A stretch of 64,000 nt of DNA from an uncultured Chloroflexia bacterium (GTDB taxonomy: Bacteria > Chloroflexota > Chloroflexia > Thermomicrobiales > UBA6265): positions 224,001 through 288,000 of the forward strand of contig CAVRUC010000013.1 in NCBI GenBank assembly GCA_963724295.1, given 5' to 3'. Below are positions 1 through 11,459 of the stretch, piece after piece (position 1 is the first letter of the stretch; the number at the start of each line of letters is the position of its first letter). The notes beneath the pieces are model-generated. The model saw only the letters and a list, made by a program, of their open reading frames with translations, did no database searches and had not been told where the DNA came from. The position numbers and the translations under genes were made by a program.

Positions 1-6
1 CTGTCG

Positions 7-79
7 GGGGCCGTAGCTTAGCTGGGAGAGCGCCGCCCTTGCACGGCGGAGGTCCGGGGTTCGAATCCCCGCGGCTCCA
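7..79 (+). tRNA. tRNA-Ala(TGC), in the spacer upstream of the 23S gene
   Basis: GGGGCCG/CGGCTCC-A acceptor stem, anticodon loop CT-TGC-AC, GGTTCGAATCC T-arm; 3' end reads CCT, so CCA is not fully encoded. Confidence 0.96.
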
Positions 80-624
80 CCTGGGGCGGGGAACGCCCGG
101 GGCGGAGGATCCCCAGCAGCGACCACCCGTCGCCACGCCAGCAGGCCAGTCGTGCTCGAGGCGAGCGCCAGTGAGGCGGTCACCAGACCGCTAGCAGGTT
201 GGGAGATCTCCTCCGAGGTCAGGACATGACTTCGGACGAGGTTTGACGACCTCGAGATCTGTGGGTCTGACGACCTGCGGGTCTGAACGACTTTCGGGTC
301 GTGCACCTTGACAATGCGCCACGCGGAACCCGCCGGGTTCTGCGGCCGCGGGATGAGGCCAGCCCTTGAGGGGTCTGGCGCGATCCGAGCCTGACGTCGC
401 ACCGAGACCGGTGGGACGCGGGGGCTCGTGTCTGCGTGCCCGCGCGCACTGCACAGCACATACACAAACACACAAAGACACACGAACCACACAAACACAC
501 CGTAATCCCACGAGGCGTCGTGCGAACGGGGCAGCGGGGCGGACGTGCGACCAGGCGGGACCATCCCGCTGGCGCGTGCCGGTCTGCGGTCGCGGACACG
601 ACCGATCTCGGATGGGAGGCGGCG

Positions 625-3655
<3,031 letters not shown>

Positions 3656-3943
3656 TGTGCTTCCCGTCCGGGGTCGTGACCCGACCGCGGGGCGGCCCGC
3701 GCCAGCGTGAGGGGGTCTCCCTCCTCTGGCCGGCGCCCCACGACGGACCCGACACGAGCGAGCCAGGGATACCAGTGAGACGTGTATGCGGCTGCGCAGG
3801 GCGCGCGGGCACGCGGACAGGAGCGTGCGGAGGCCTTCCGGAGGGGCGTCTTCCCGGAGGGGAGTCTCCGAGAGAGGCGATCTCCGTGGCACTGGCGCAG
3901 CAAGCAGCAAGGGGCCCCGGCTCTCCGGTGGGAGGGTGGGGGG

Positions 3944-4063
3944 TGCCCGTGGCCGAGAGCGTGCTGGCCCCACCCGGTCCCATCCCGAACCCGGTCGTGA
4001 CCCAGCGCAGCGCCGGAGAGTACTGTGGGGGCGACCCCACGGGAGGCGAGGCCGCCGCGGACA
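3944..4063 (+). rRNA. rrf: 5S rRNA (ends approximate)
   Basis: CACCCGGTCCCATCCCGAACCCGG 5S motif, AGTACTG loop E region, position after 23S. Confidence 0.93.
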
Positions 4064-4082
4064 CCCCTCACCCTCGTACTGC

Positions 4083-4120
4083 AGTCGGCCAGTCGGTTAG
4101 TCGGTCAGTCGGTTAGTCGG
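4083..4120. repeat. Octamer tandem repeat (AGTCGGNN)x5
   Basis: AGTCGG at 4083, 4091, 4099, 4107, 4115. Confidence 0.85.
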
Positions 4121-4179
4121 GAAGTGGCTCACAGCTATTAGCTCATAGCGAATAGCTCCGAGCCGCAAGCCAGCACCGT

Positions 4180-4254
4180 CGCGGGGTGGAGCAGCGGCAG
4201 CTCGTTGGGCTCATAACCCAAAGGTCGGGGGTTCGAATCCCCCCCCCGCTACCA
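4180..4254 (+). tRNA. initiator tRNA-fMet(CAT)
   Basis: CGCGGGG...CCCCGCT-A-CCA with C1:T72 mismatch, three G-C pairs in the anticodon stem, anticodon CAT, encoded CCA. Confidence 0.96.
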
Positions 4255-4261
4255 CATAGCG

Positions 4262-4297
4262 AAAAGCGACCGAGCAGATTCTGCTCGGTCGCTTTTT
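4262..4297. terminator. Bidirectional intrinsic terminator between the rRNA operon and polB
   Basis: AAAAGCGACCGAGCAG-ATT-CTGCTCGGTCGCTTTT perfect stem with A/T tails on both sides. Confidence 0.88.
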
Positions 4298-4323
4298 GTT
4301 GTTCTGAGCGAGACCTCGTCTCG

Positions 4324-6576
4324 CTATCCAAAAAGTCCGAGCTGCTGTACCGCTTCTTGCTGGCGCGCCGCGGTCATGTCGGTGCGTACGGAGATCGCCG
4401 GAAAGAACGCCTCGAACTCCGCGGTGCTCTCAAAGAGGTCGCGGAACCGCTCGGCGACGTCGCGCAGCCGCCGTAGCAGGTAGGTTGTGTTCTCATCGTG
4501 GTCCCACTCTTCGACCAGACCGAGCTCGCCGTCCTGTCGCTCGTAGAACTCCAGCCGCGCCCCGGGCCGTCCCAACGCCGGGTTGGCGAGTCGCGAGATC
4601 AGGCGCTGCAGCTTGGGGAACTTGGCCAGAGTCTGGTCGTTGATCATCCCCCACTGGGCGATCTCTTCTGGTTTGATATTCCGCTGACGAATACGCTCGG
4701 CGAGAACAAAATAGTCTTCGCGTACCGCGTCCCGTTCCCCCTCGAGGAACCAGCGAGCGGCTTCGACAAGGAATCGGCGCAGAACTGGCTCCATGCGCCG
4801 GCTGCGCAGAGCACTCCCCTTGAGCGTCAAGCTGCCATCATGTGAGAGCAGTGCGTACGTTTTGAGGCGTAAGGAGAGCATTCCAGCGTAACGGCCATCG
4901 TGGCTCAAGCGGATCCCCGGCGGGAGATCGGCCGCAACCGCATCGATGAACGCTTGCTCAGACGCCGGCGTGTCGATGTCCAATGGCGGCACGAAGTAGA
5001 CGCCATCGGTATCGACCTCGATCGGCGTTGCCCCATGGTGCTGCAAATTGGCGACGACCTGCTTGACGATGCGCTGCCCGGCCAGCGTGACGCGCTCGGC
5101 CGCGTCGTAGTCATTGAACAGCCCGCCGCCATAGCCGAGATAGCCATAGAACGAGTTGATGAGCACTTTGAACGAACCCTGCATGCCCTCCCACATCGCT
5201 CGCTCCGCCTCCTGCCCAGCCTGGACAGCGCGGCGGCTTTCTGCTTTGGCCTCGAGCCTGCGCCGGGTCAGCTCCGCGAGCATTGGGAGATAGGCGCCAA
5301 GGGTGTCCCGGCTGGACGTAATACCTTCCGAGAGCATGATCGAAGGGTAGAGGCTCTCGACGTCGCATTTCACGACCGGTCGAAACACGCCCGTCGCCAG
5401 CAGCTCGGCGTGACCACCGGCGTATCCTCGCGATGACTCCGCCGTGGGAACACTGTGATTGTCCATGAGATAGACACGCAGCATCAGGTCGTTCAGCTTC
5501 TCCCCCGGACCGCCGGTGGCGACAGCCTGGAACGACCTTGGCAAGAGTTGGGTTTGATAAAACTCGGTCGGCGTGGCAAGGCTGGAGAGCACCTCGACGT
5601 CCTGCACGTCGTCGAGCGCATAACGAAGCAGGCGGTCACGGTCTTGCCGCCAGACCTCAGCAATTCGCGGCCCCGGTACGAACTCCCGGTTCGGCCGCGT
5701 CAAACCGAGTTCCTCGACCGCCTGCTTCAACCCGTATGACGATAGGTGACCACCGATGTCATAGCGCTGGATTTGCTGATAGGTGTCAATGATGTGGCGA
5801 CCGTGGATGTAGGCCGGGGTGTACGGCATCGTCAGCGCCCCGGCCTTGAATCGCGAGACGCCGGCCCCGATCCGCACTGGTGAGCCATCCCGACCCCACC
5901 GCAAGGCAAGACCAAGACGCTCGGCGCGAGCGGCCAGGAATGGGAGGTCAAAGTTGAAGAGGTTGTGGCCTTCGATCACGTCGGGGTCGAGCTCACGCAC
6001 CCGTTCCGTCACCCGCTCGAGGAGCTCTGCCTCATCGGCGCCGAGCGGTAGGACCTCCTCCGTGCCGAGGCTGGATCTCATGGCGACCACGATGATCTGG
6101 CTGTCCGGGTTATGAGGGTCCAGGCCCATCGTCTCGATATCGATCTGCAGTCGCTTCAGATCGGAAAAGACCATCTCCTTGAAAAGTGTGCGGCGACTGC
6201 GCACGAGATACTGCTCGACCGGCGAGCGCAAGCGGAAGAACCGCTCACCCGCATCCTGAGCGGTGCGCACGGCGTCGAGGTGACTGGACCAGTCGGGAAA
6301 CTCGACGAGGTATCGGAGAGGGTGGCCCCCCGCGAGCGTGTCCACCGTGGGCGCGCCACGGGCGCGCTGCCAGGGCTCCGTTTGTTCCGCGAGAAGCCAC
6401 GGGCGGAACGACGCGTCTTCCGTGATCACACCGCTGCTCGCGCGTCGGTACAGACGCACCCGGTTCCCACCGAGTTGTTCGACCGCGACGATGCCCGGCG
6501 TGGTGTCGTCGCCGTAGAGGAGGTCTGCGGTGTCGCGTGCGGGCGCGGAGGAGAGGGGATGCGGACGCTGGTCCAT
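4324..6576 (-). CDS. Family B DNA polymerase with 3'-5' exonuclease (Pol II-like)
   Basis: ExoI DIET, ExoII GHNLFNFDLPFL, motif A DVESLYPSI, motif B KVLINSFYG, motif C EVDTDG. Confidence 0.93.
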   Translation of the reverse strand: MDQRPHPLSSAPARDTADLLYGDDTTPGIVAVEQLGGNRVRLYRRASSGVITEDASFRPWLLAEQTEPWQRARGAPTVDTLAGGHPLRYLVEFPDWSSHLDAVRTAQDAGERFFRLRSPVEQYLVRSRRTLFKEMVFSDLKRLQIDIETMGLDPHNPDSQIIVVAMRSSLGTEEVLPLGADEAELLERVTERVRELDPDVIEGHNLFNFDLPFLAARAERLGLALRWGRDGSPVRIGAGVSRFKAGALTMPYTPAYIHGRHIIDTYQQIQRYDIGGHLSSYGLKQAVEELGLTRPNREFVPGPRIAEVWRQDRDRLLRYALDDVQDVEVLSSLATPTEFYQTQLLPRSFQAVATGGPGEKLNDLMLRVYLMDNHSVPTAESSRGYAGGHAELLATGVFRPVVKCDVESLYPSIMLSEGITSSRDTLGAYLPMLAELTRRRLEAKAESRRAVQAGQEAERAMWEGMQGSFKVLINSFYGYLGYGGGLFNDYDAAERVTLAGQRIVKQVVANLQHHGATPIEVDTDGVYFVPPLDIDTPASEQAFIDAVAADLPPGIRLSHDGRYAGMLSLRLKTYALLSHDGSLTLKGSALRSRRMEPVLRRFLVEAARWFLEGERDAVREDYFVLAERIRQRNIKPEEIAQWGMINDQTLAKFPKLQRLISRLANPALGRPGARLEFYERQDGELGLVEEWDHDENTTYLLRRLRDVAERFRDLFESTAEFEAFFPAISVRTDMTAARQQEAVQQLGLFG

Positions 6577-6638
6577 AAGCAGAAAGTTTACTCGGTCACC
6601 GCGGGTGCACCCGGTGCCGCGCTCCAGCGAGTTCTCAC

Positions 6639-7484
6639 TTATCGCGACGCCGTCACAAATATTGCCTCGCTGGGAACCCGGATCGTATCGCCGTCCTGAA
6701 ATGACATGAATGCCGCGATCACGTCCTCATGCAACCGCTGTTGCACGTGCTCCGGAAGACGTTCCAGGCCACCCCCGTCAGGCATCGCGAAGTTCTCGCG
6801 CCAGACTTGCCACTCGAGTTCCGGATCGGCAACGTCATAGGAGATCGTCACGGAGTGACGGACCACGTCGCGGAATCCCGCCTCAGCGACAAGATCTTCG
6901 ATGAGACCCGGCGCGCCCATGCTCATTGGCGATGGCGGCGGCTCACCCGTGGTCGGGGGTAGGGCCGGAGCGACGATGCGCGGGATGAGAAAGATGCCGA
7001 CCTTTTCCGGCACGCTCCAGACGGCAATACCAATTCGCCCACCGGGACGCAGCACGCGTCGCATTTCGCGCAGCGCGCGTAGTGGCTCCGGTACGAACAT
7101 CAACCCGAACTGACAATAGGCGACGTCGAATGACGCCTCCCCAAGCGTGAGCGCTTCCGCCGGCATGGACGCAAACGTCACGTTCGTCACCCGGGCGGCG
7201 GATGCCGTCGCGCGGACGAATGGCTCCCATGCGGAAAGAAAGTCAGTGGCCAGTACCTCACCGCGCGGCCCGACGCGCCGCGCGGCCTCGACCGCTACAT
7301 GCCCCGTCCCGGTCGCCACATCGAGCACGCGTGCCCCGACCGGCGGCGGAAGGAGCTCGACGAGCGCTACGGCGAATGGATGGGTCCTGGGTGCGGCATC
7401 CCTCGCGTAGCGCTCAACACGCTCCGTCCACTCCGCGCGCCGCCGATCGCTGGCCAGCGCGGCCTGGTCATCCGCTGGGTTCAT
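6639..7484 (-). CDS. Class I SAM-dependent methyltransferase (UbiE-like)
   Basis: VLDVATGTG motif I, SFDVAYCQFGLMF, EMRRVLRPGG. Confidence 0.9.
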   Translation of the reverse strand: MNPADDQAALASDRRRAEWTERVERYARDAAPRTHPFAVALVELLPPPVGARVLDVATGTGHVAVEAARRVGPRGEVLATDFLSAWEPFVRATASAARVTNVTFASMPAEALTLGEASFDVAYCQFGLMFVPEPLRALREMRRVLRPGGRIGIAVWSVPEKVGIFLIPRIVAPALPPTTGEPPPSPMSMGAPGLIEDLVAEAGFRDVVRHSVTISYDVADPELEWQVWRENFAMPDGGGLERLPEHVQQRLHEDVIAAFMSFQDGDTIRVPSEAIFVTASR

Positions 7485-7701
7485 TCTGGCACTATAGCGG
7501 ATCGCACACTGGGTACTGACCCGACGGACTGCGGCACCTCTCTCTTCCGAGTCATCAGTACCCGGCTTCCTGATGAGCCAGAGTTAGGCCAATGCGCTGG
7601 CCCTGGGCACTCAGAATAGACTGACGTAGACCCAACCGAACGCAGCCGCGCCAGACACGGCAAGACCTCCGGGCGACCACGCGCCCAACACGACCACAAC
7701 C

Positions 7702-7965
7702 GGGAGAACGCCCCCGACCGTCTTTTTCACGCGGGGAGGGACCCGCAAGGTAAGGGCGGAAACCGCGCAGCGGCGGCGACGAAGGAGCCGGCCCTAGCCG
7801 CCGCGGGAGGGGCACCCGCGACAGTGAAAAGACCGGGGGGCTTTTCCGATGAGCGAGCCCGCAGGCGAAGCGAACCAGCGCGTCCCGTCAGGGCGCGCGC
7901 GCCGCCGATCGAGGCGGCGTTGATCCGGCCGCAGCCGGTCAAAAAAGGTTCGGCGAACCGGTTTC
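7702..7965. other. Highly structured non-coding element (long imperfect hairpin plus mini-hairpins)
   Basis: 7702-7757 pairs with 7791-7847 (e.g. GCCCCCG..GTCTTTTTCAC / GTGAAAAGAC..CGGGGGGC); apex and downstream hairpins with C-GNA-G triloops. Confidence 0.55.
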
Positions 7966-8102
7966 AAAACTCGCTCGTTGATCAGCGACCGGTCCGCACC
8001 GCGGACGTGCACGATGGTCTTGCGCCTGTCATGTAGACTCCTCACGGAACTTCGCGACAATTTAGCGTTCGCACGCCACCCCTGGCAGAAAGGGTCCTAC
8101 GC

Positions 8103-9491
8103 ATGGCGACCGCATCGTTCCGGACCGCTCCCGTTGGCGACGCAGCCGTCCATGCCTTCCGCGCCCATCTCCACGGCGACCTCTTAGGCCCAGACGATCC
8201 GGGCTACGACGATGCGCGGCGCGTCTTCAACGCCATGATCGACCGCCGCCCGGCGTTCATCGCCCGACCGGCGGACGCTGACGACATCCGCCGTGCCGTC
8301 CTCTTTGCCCGAGAGAACGCCTTGCCGTTCTCCGTCAAGGGTGGCGGACACAGCGTTGCTGGCAGCGCGGTCTGTGAGGCCGGGCTGATGCTCGATCTGT
8401 CAGTGCTGAAAGAGGTCCAGGTCGACCCGGAGCGGCGTGTAGCAGTGGCCCAACCAGGACTCCTACTGGCCGATGTCGACCGCGCCACACAAGCGGTCGG
8501 TCTCGCCACCCCGCTCGGGATTATCTCCACGACCGGGATCGCCGGTCTCACGCTCGGTGGCGGGATAGGCTGGCTCAACGGCCAGTACGCGCTGGCCTGC
8601 GACAACCTGCTCGCCGCCGAAATCGTCACCGCCGACGGCGAGCTGCGCACGGTGAGCAGCTATCAGAACGCGGACCTTTTCTGGGCCATCCGCGGGGGCA
8701 GCGGGAACTTCGGCGTGGTGACCTCGTTCATCTACCGGCTTCATCCTCTCGGTCCGATCCTTGGTGGCGTCGTCACCTTTCCCGCCGCGCAGGCACGAGA
8801 GGCGCTCCGCCTCTATCACGAGGTCGCCAGCACCGCTCCGGATGCGTTGACGACGCTGGCGAGTCTCGGCGTTGACGCTGAAGGCGGGACAACGGTCTCG
8901 GTCACCGTTTGTTGGTGCGGGGCGCTTGATGACGGGGAGCGCGTCCTGCGACCGCTGCGGGCCTTTGGTCCGCCGGTGGAGGATGCCATCGGGATGATGC
9001 CCTACAACACGTTGCAGACCGGTGCCGACGAGCGCTATCCGCCGGGGCGGCACCACTATTGGAAGGCGTGCTGGCTGGCGGAGCTCAGCGACGAGGCCAT
9101 CGCGATCATGCTGCACTTCGCGGCCGAGCGGCCCATGACGGCGACCGGTCACGTGACCATCGCGCTGCAGCAGCTACACGGCGCGGCCGCTCGCGTCGAT
9201 CCTGCGGCGACCGCCTTCCCGCATCGGCGCGACCTGTACGATCTGCTCATCCTTGCGCAGTGGAGCGACCCGGCAGAGGCCGAGCCGCACATGGCCTGGA
9301 CGCGCGCCTTCTTCACGGCGATGCAGCCATTCGCCGAGCGCGCTGTCTACGTCAATGACCTGGGAGCCGAGGGCGAAGACCGCGTGCGGGAGGCGTACGG
9401 GGCCAATTACGAACGCCTGGCCACCATCAAAGCCACGTACGATCCGACCAACCTCTTCCGCGTGAACCAGAACATCCGGCCCACGGCGTAG
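8103..9491 (+). CDS. FAD-binding oxidoreductase (VAO/berberine-bridge-like)
   Basis: KGGGHS covalent-FAD motif, GLTLGGG, DLFWAIRGGSGNFGVVT, C-terminal YVN...YDPTNLF BBE domain. Confidence 0.93.
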   Translation: MATASFRTAPVGDAAVHAFRAHLHGDLLGPDDPGYDDARRVFNAMIDRRPAFIARPADADDIRRAVLFARENALPFSVKGGGHSVAGSAVCEAGLMLDLSVLKEVQVDPERRVAVAQPGLLLADVDRATQAVGLATPLGIISTTGIAGLTLGGGIGWLNGQYALACDNLLAAEIVTADGELRTVSSYQNADLFWAIRGGSGNFGVVTSFIYRLHPLGPILGGVVTFPAAQAREALRLYHEVASTAPDALTTLASLGVDAEGGTTVSVTVCWCGALDDGERVLRPLRAFGPPVEDAIGMMPYNTLQTGADERYPPGRHHYWKACWLAELSDEAIAIMLHFAAERPMTATGHVTIALQQLHGAAARVDPAATAFPHRRDLYDLLILAQWSDPAEAEPHMAWTRAFFTAMQPFAERAVYVNDLGAEGEDRVREAYGANYERLATIKATYDPTNLFRVNQNIRPTA

Positions 9492-9764
9492 TCAGGACCA
9501 CCTCACGCAAGCAGTCCCGATCCGAGCGCGCTGTGTGCCACGCCCGCGTGTGGTTGCTAGAGGAGGTGTCCCGTTTCGGCCACGTGGACTTTTGAGGCCG
9601 GTTGGACGAACCGGCCTCAAAACGCTTCAGTTGGCGGTTGCCCTCGGTGGCCGCTACGAATGGGAACGGGTCTGTAGCGGCGTCGCTCGCGTGCTACCCT
9701 CTCGGCCCTCCTGCGGCGCCGAACGTCGGTTTCGGGGAGACCCCAGACAAGAAGGAGGCACGCC

Positions 9765-10059
9765 ATGTACGTCACGCTCGTACACCCTCGCCCGCAACCG
9801 GGGAATGAAGTGGAGTACGCACGGCGTTGGAAGGCGATCCTGGCTCCTCGCGTGCGCGCCCTCCCGGGATTCCGCGCCGGCTACTTCTTCGGTGATCCGG
9901 CGGCGAACTCGGTCCACGCGATCTATCTGTGGGACGAGAAGCCGGTCGAAGAGCTCGAAGAGGCGATGACCGACTTCCGGCAACACTGCCGCGACCTCAC
10001 CGTCGGGCCGGGGCGGCGCGAGGAGGCGCGAGGACTTCGAGGTCCTGGCTGAGGCGTAG
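9765..10059 (+). CDS. Small ABM-like (dimeric alpha/beta barrel) protein; C-terminus shifted by a 10-nt duplication
   Basis: RBS AAGGAGG; 'ILAPRVRALPGFRAGYF' pattern; as written stops at 10052, removing one GGCGCGAGGA copy gives ...REDFEVLAEA* ending 10059. Confidence 0.65.
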
Positions 10060-10119
10060 CGCCACATTGACTGTTCTGGACCGCTGATCCGCGCGCTCGG
10101 GCTGGAGGGCGAGGCCATG

Positions 10120-11068
10120 TCAGCCTTCGGGATCGACGCCCGAGGCGAGCCGTCCGCCGTGCGCCCAGGCGGCGAGATCGGGGCCCACGAGCGCCGCCAC
10201 CCGCGCCTCGTACGCGGCGAAATCAGCGGGAGAGACGCGGTCGCGCCACTCACCGGATCCGCCGCTGCGGAAGAAGGCACGCGCATCCTTCCAGATCCCC
10301 TGCGAGGCGTTCGGGGCGACGTCGGCACCCCGCTCGCGCATCCGGGTCAGGCTTGCCTCCAGCGCCAGCTCCCGCGCCCGTTCCGGTGAGCACGGGATCC
10401 CGAGGACGCCCGCCAGGCGGAGCAGCTCACCCGCGAGGTCGGCCGTCAAGTCGGCGTAGTGGAAGAGGGCCACATTCGGATCGCGCCGATGCTGCCAGCC
10501 CGTATCGAGGTGATGCAGCACCGATGCGAGCGTCGACGGCCCGCCCGGCGTCTCGTCGCTGACGAAGGTCCGGAATCGCTCGGCCGGGTCCTCGGACGGA
10601 ACGGGGCGCTCCGGCAGCTCGGCGAGGTCCTCGTTGCCGACAGCCGCGGCGCGCAGCTCCAGGACGTGCGCGAAGTCCATGTTGGCGAGGTGATGTTCGA
10701 GCGAGATGGCGGTGTCGCGCGGATCGCGGCCGACCACGAGGTACGTGACGTCGGGGTGCAGCGGTAGGCCGTCGAGGGGCGTGTGCGTCTTGATGAAGCG
10801 GCGATGGGTTTGGGCGGCGAACGCCGCCGTCACCTCAGCGAGCGGGCGGGTGCAGTTGTCGAGCCACGGTGAGATGTCACCGAGCGGCGCCGGGAACGTC
10901 GGGGCCATCGAAGATCAGGAGCGCGCATAGCATCTGCATCCAGGTGGTGCCGGACTTCGACGGGGTGCTGATCACGACGTCGCCGGGACGGAACACAAAC
11001 CCGTCCCAGCGGGCGCTGTCGGCGATGATCGAGCGGTAGTGCGTGCGTGGAGCCTGTGAGTCGGCCAT
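10120..11068 (-). pseudogene. Sulfotransferase, split by a +1 frameshift (probably a sequencing indel)
   Basis: 5' ORF has PAPS-binding TPSKSGTTW; 3' ORF has IKTHTP, RDPRD, FFRSGGSGEW; frames join at the C run at 10901-10904. Confidence 0.85.
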
Positions 11069-11459
11069 CGCGTGATTCTACTCTGCAAAGGACCGTGCCG
11101 CGGTCGCACCCGCTTATCCCGCGGATGCTCAATATGCCCTCGCCGGTGGCCACATGGCCGCGAAATGGCCGCACCTGTGGCGCCCGCGAGTGCCTAACGA
11201 CGCCAGAAGGGATCGCTCCGAAGATGCACGCCTGGTCAGGAAAGGCGATGAGAATGCCGGACCTGCCTCCTGTGCCCAGCAAGAAACACCCCCGCAAAAT
11301 GCCATGAAGATCGAGTACACTTATGTGCTGTTCGCCGCCCTGCACGCTGCGTGTTCGCGTTAGTCGTCCGGCGCGGCGCCGCGCCCCTAACACCGGTCCG
11401 AGACCCTTATTCCAACCGTTGCGATAACCCGCGCGACTGGACGCTGGAAAGATTGCTGC

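Noticed and set aside
7545..7595. CTGATGA on both strands, suggesting a hammerhead ribozyme
   Set aside because: The required GAAA after stem II is absent (CCAAT on plus, AGAGG on minus).
7747..7765. AAGGTAAGGGCGGAAACC resembling RNase P RNA
   Set aside because: No GAGGAAAGTCC or ACAGAACCCGGC P4 elements nearby.
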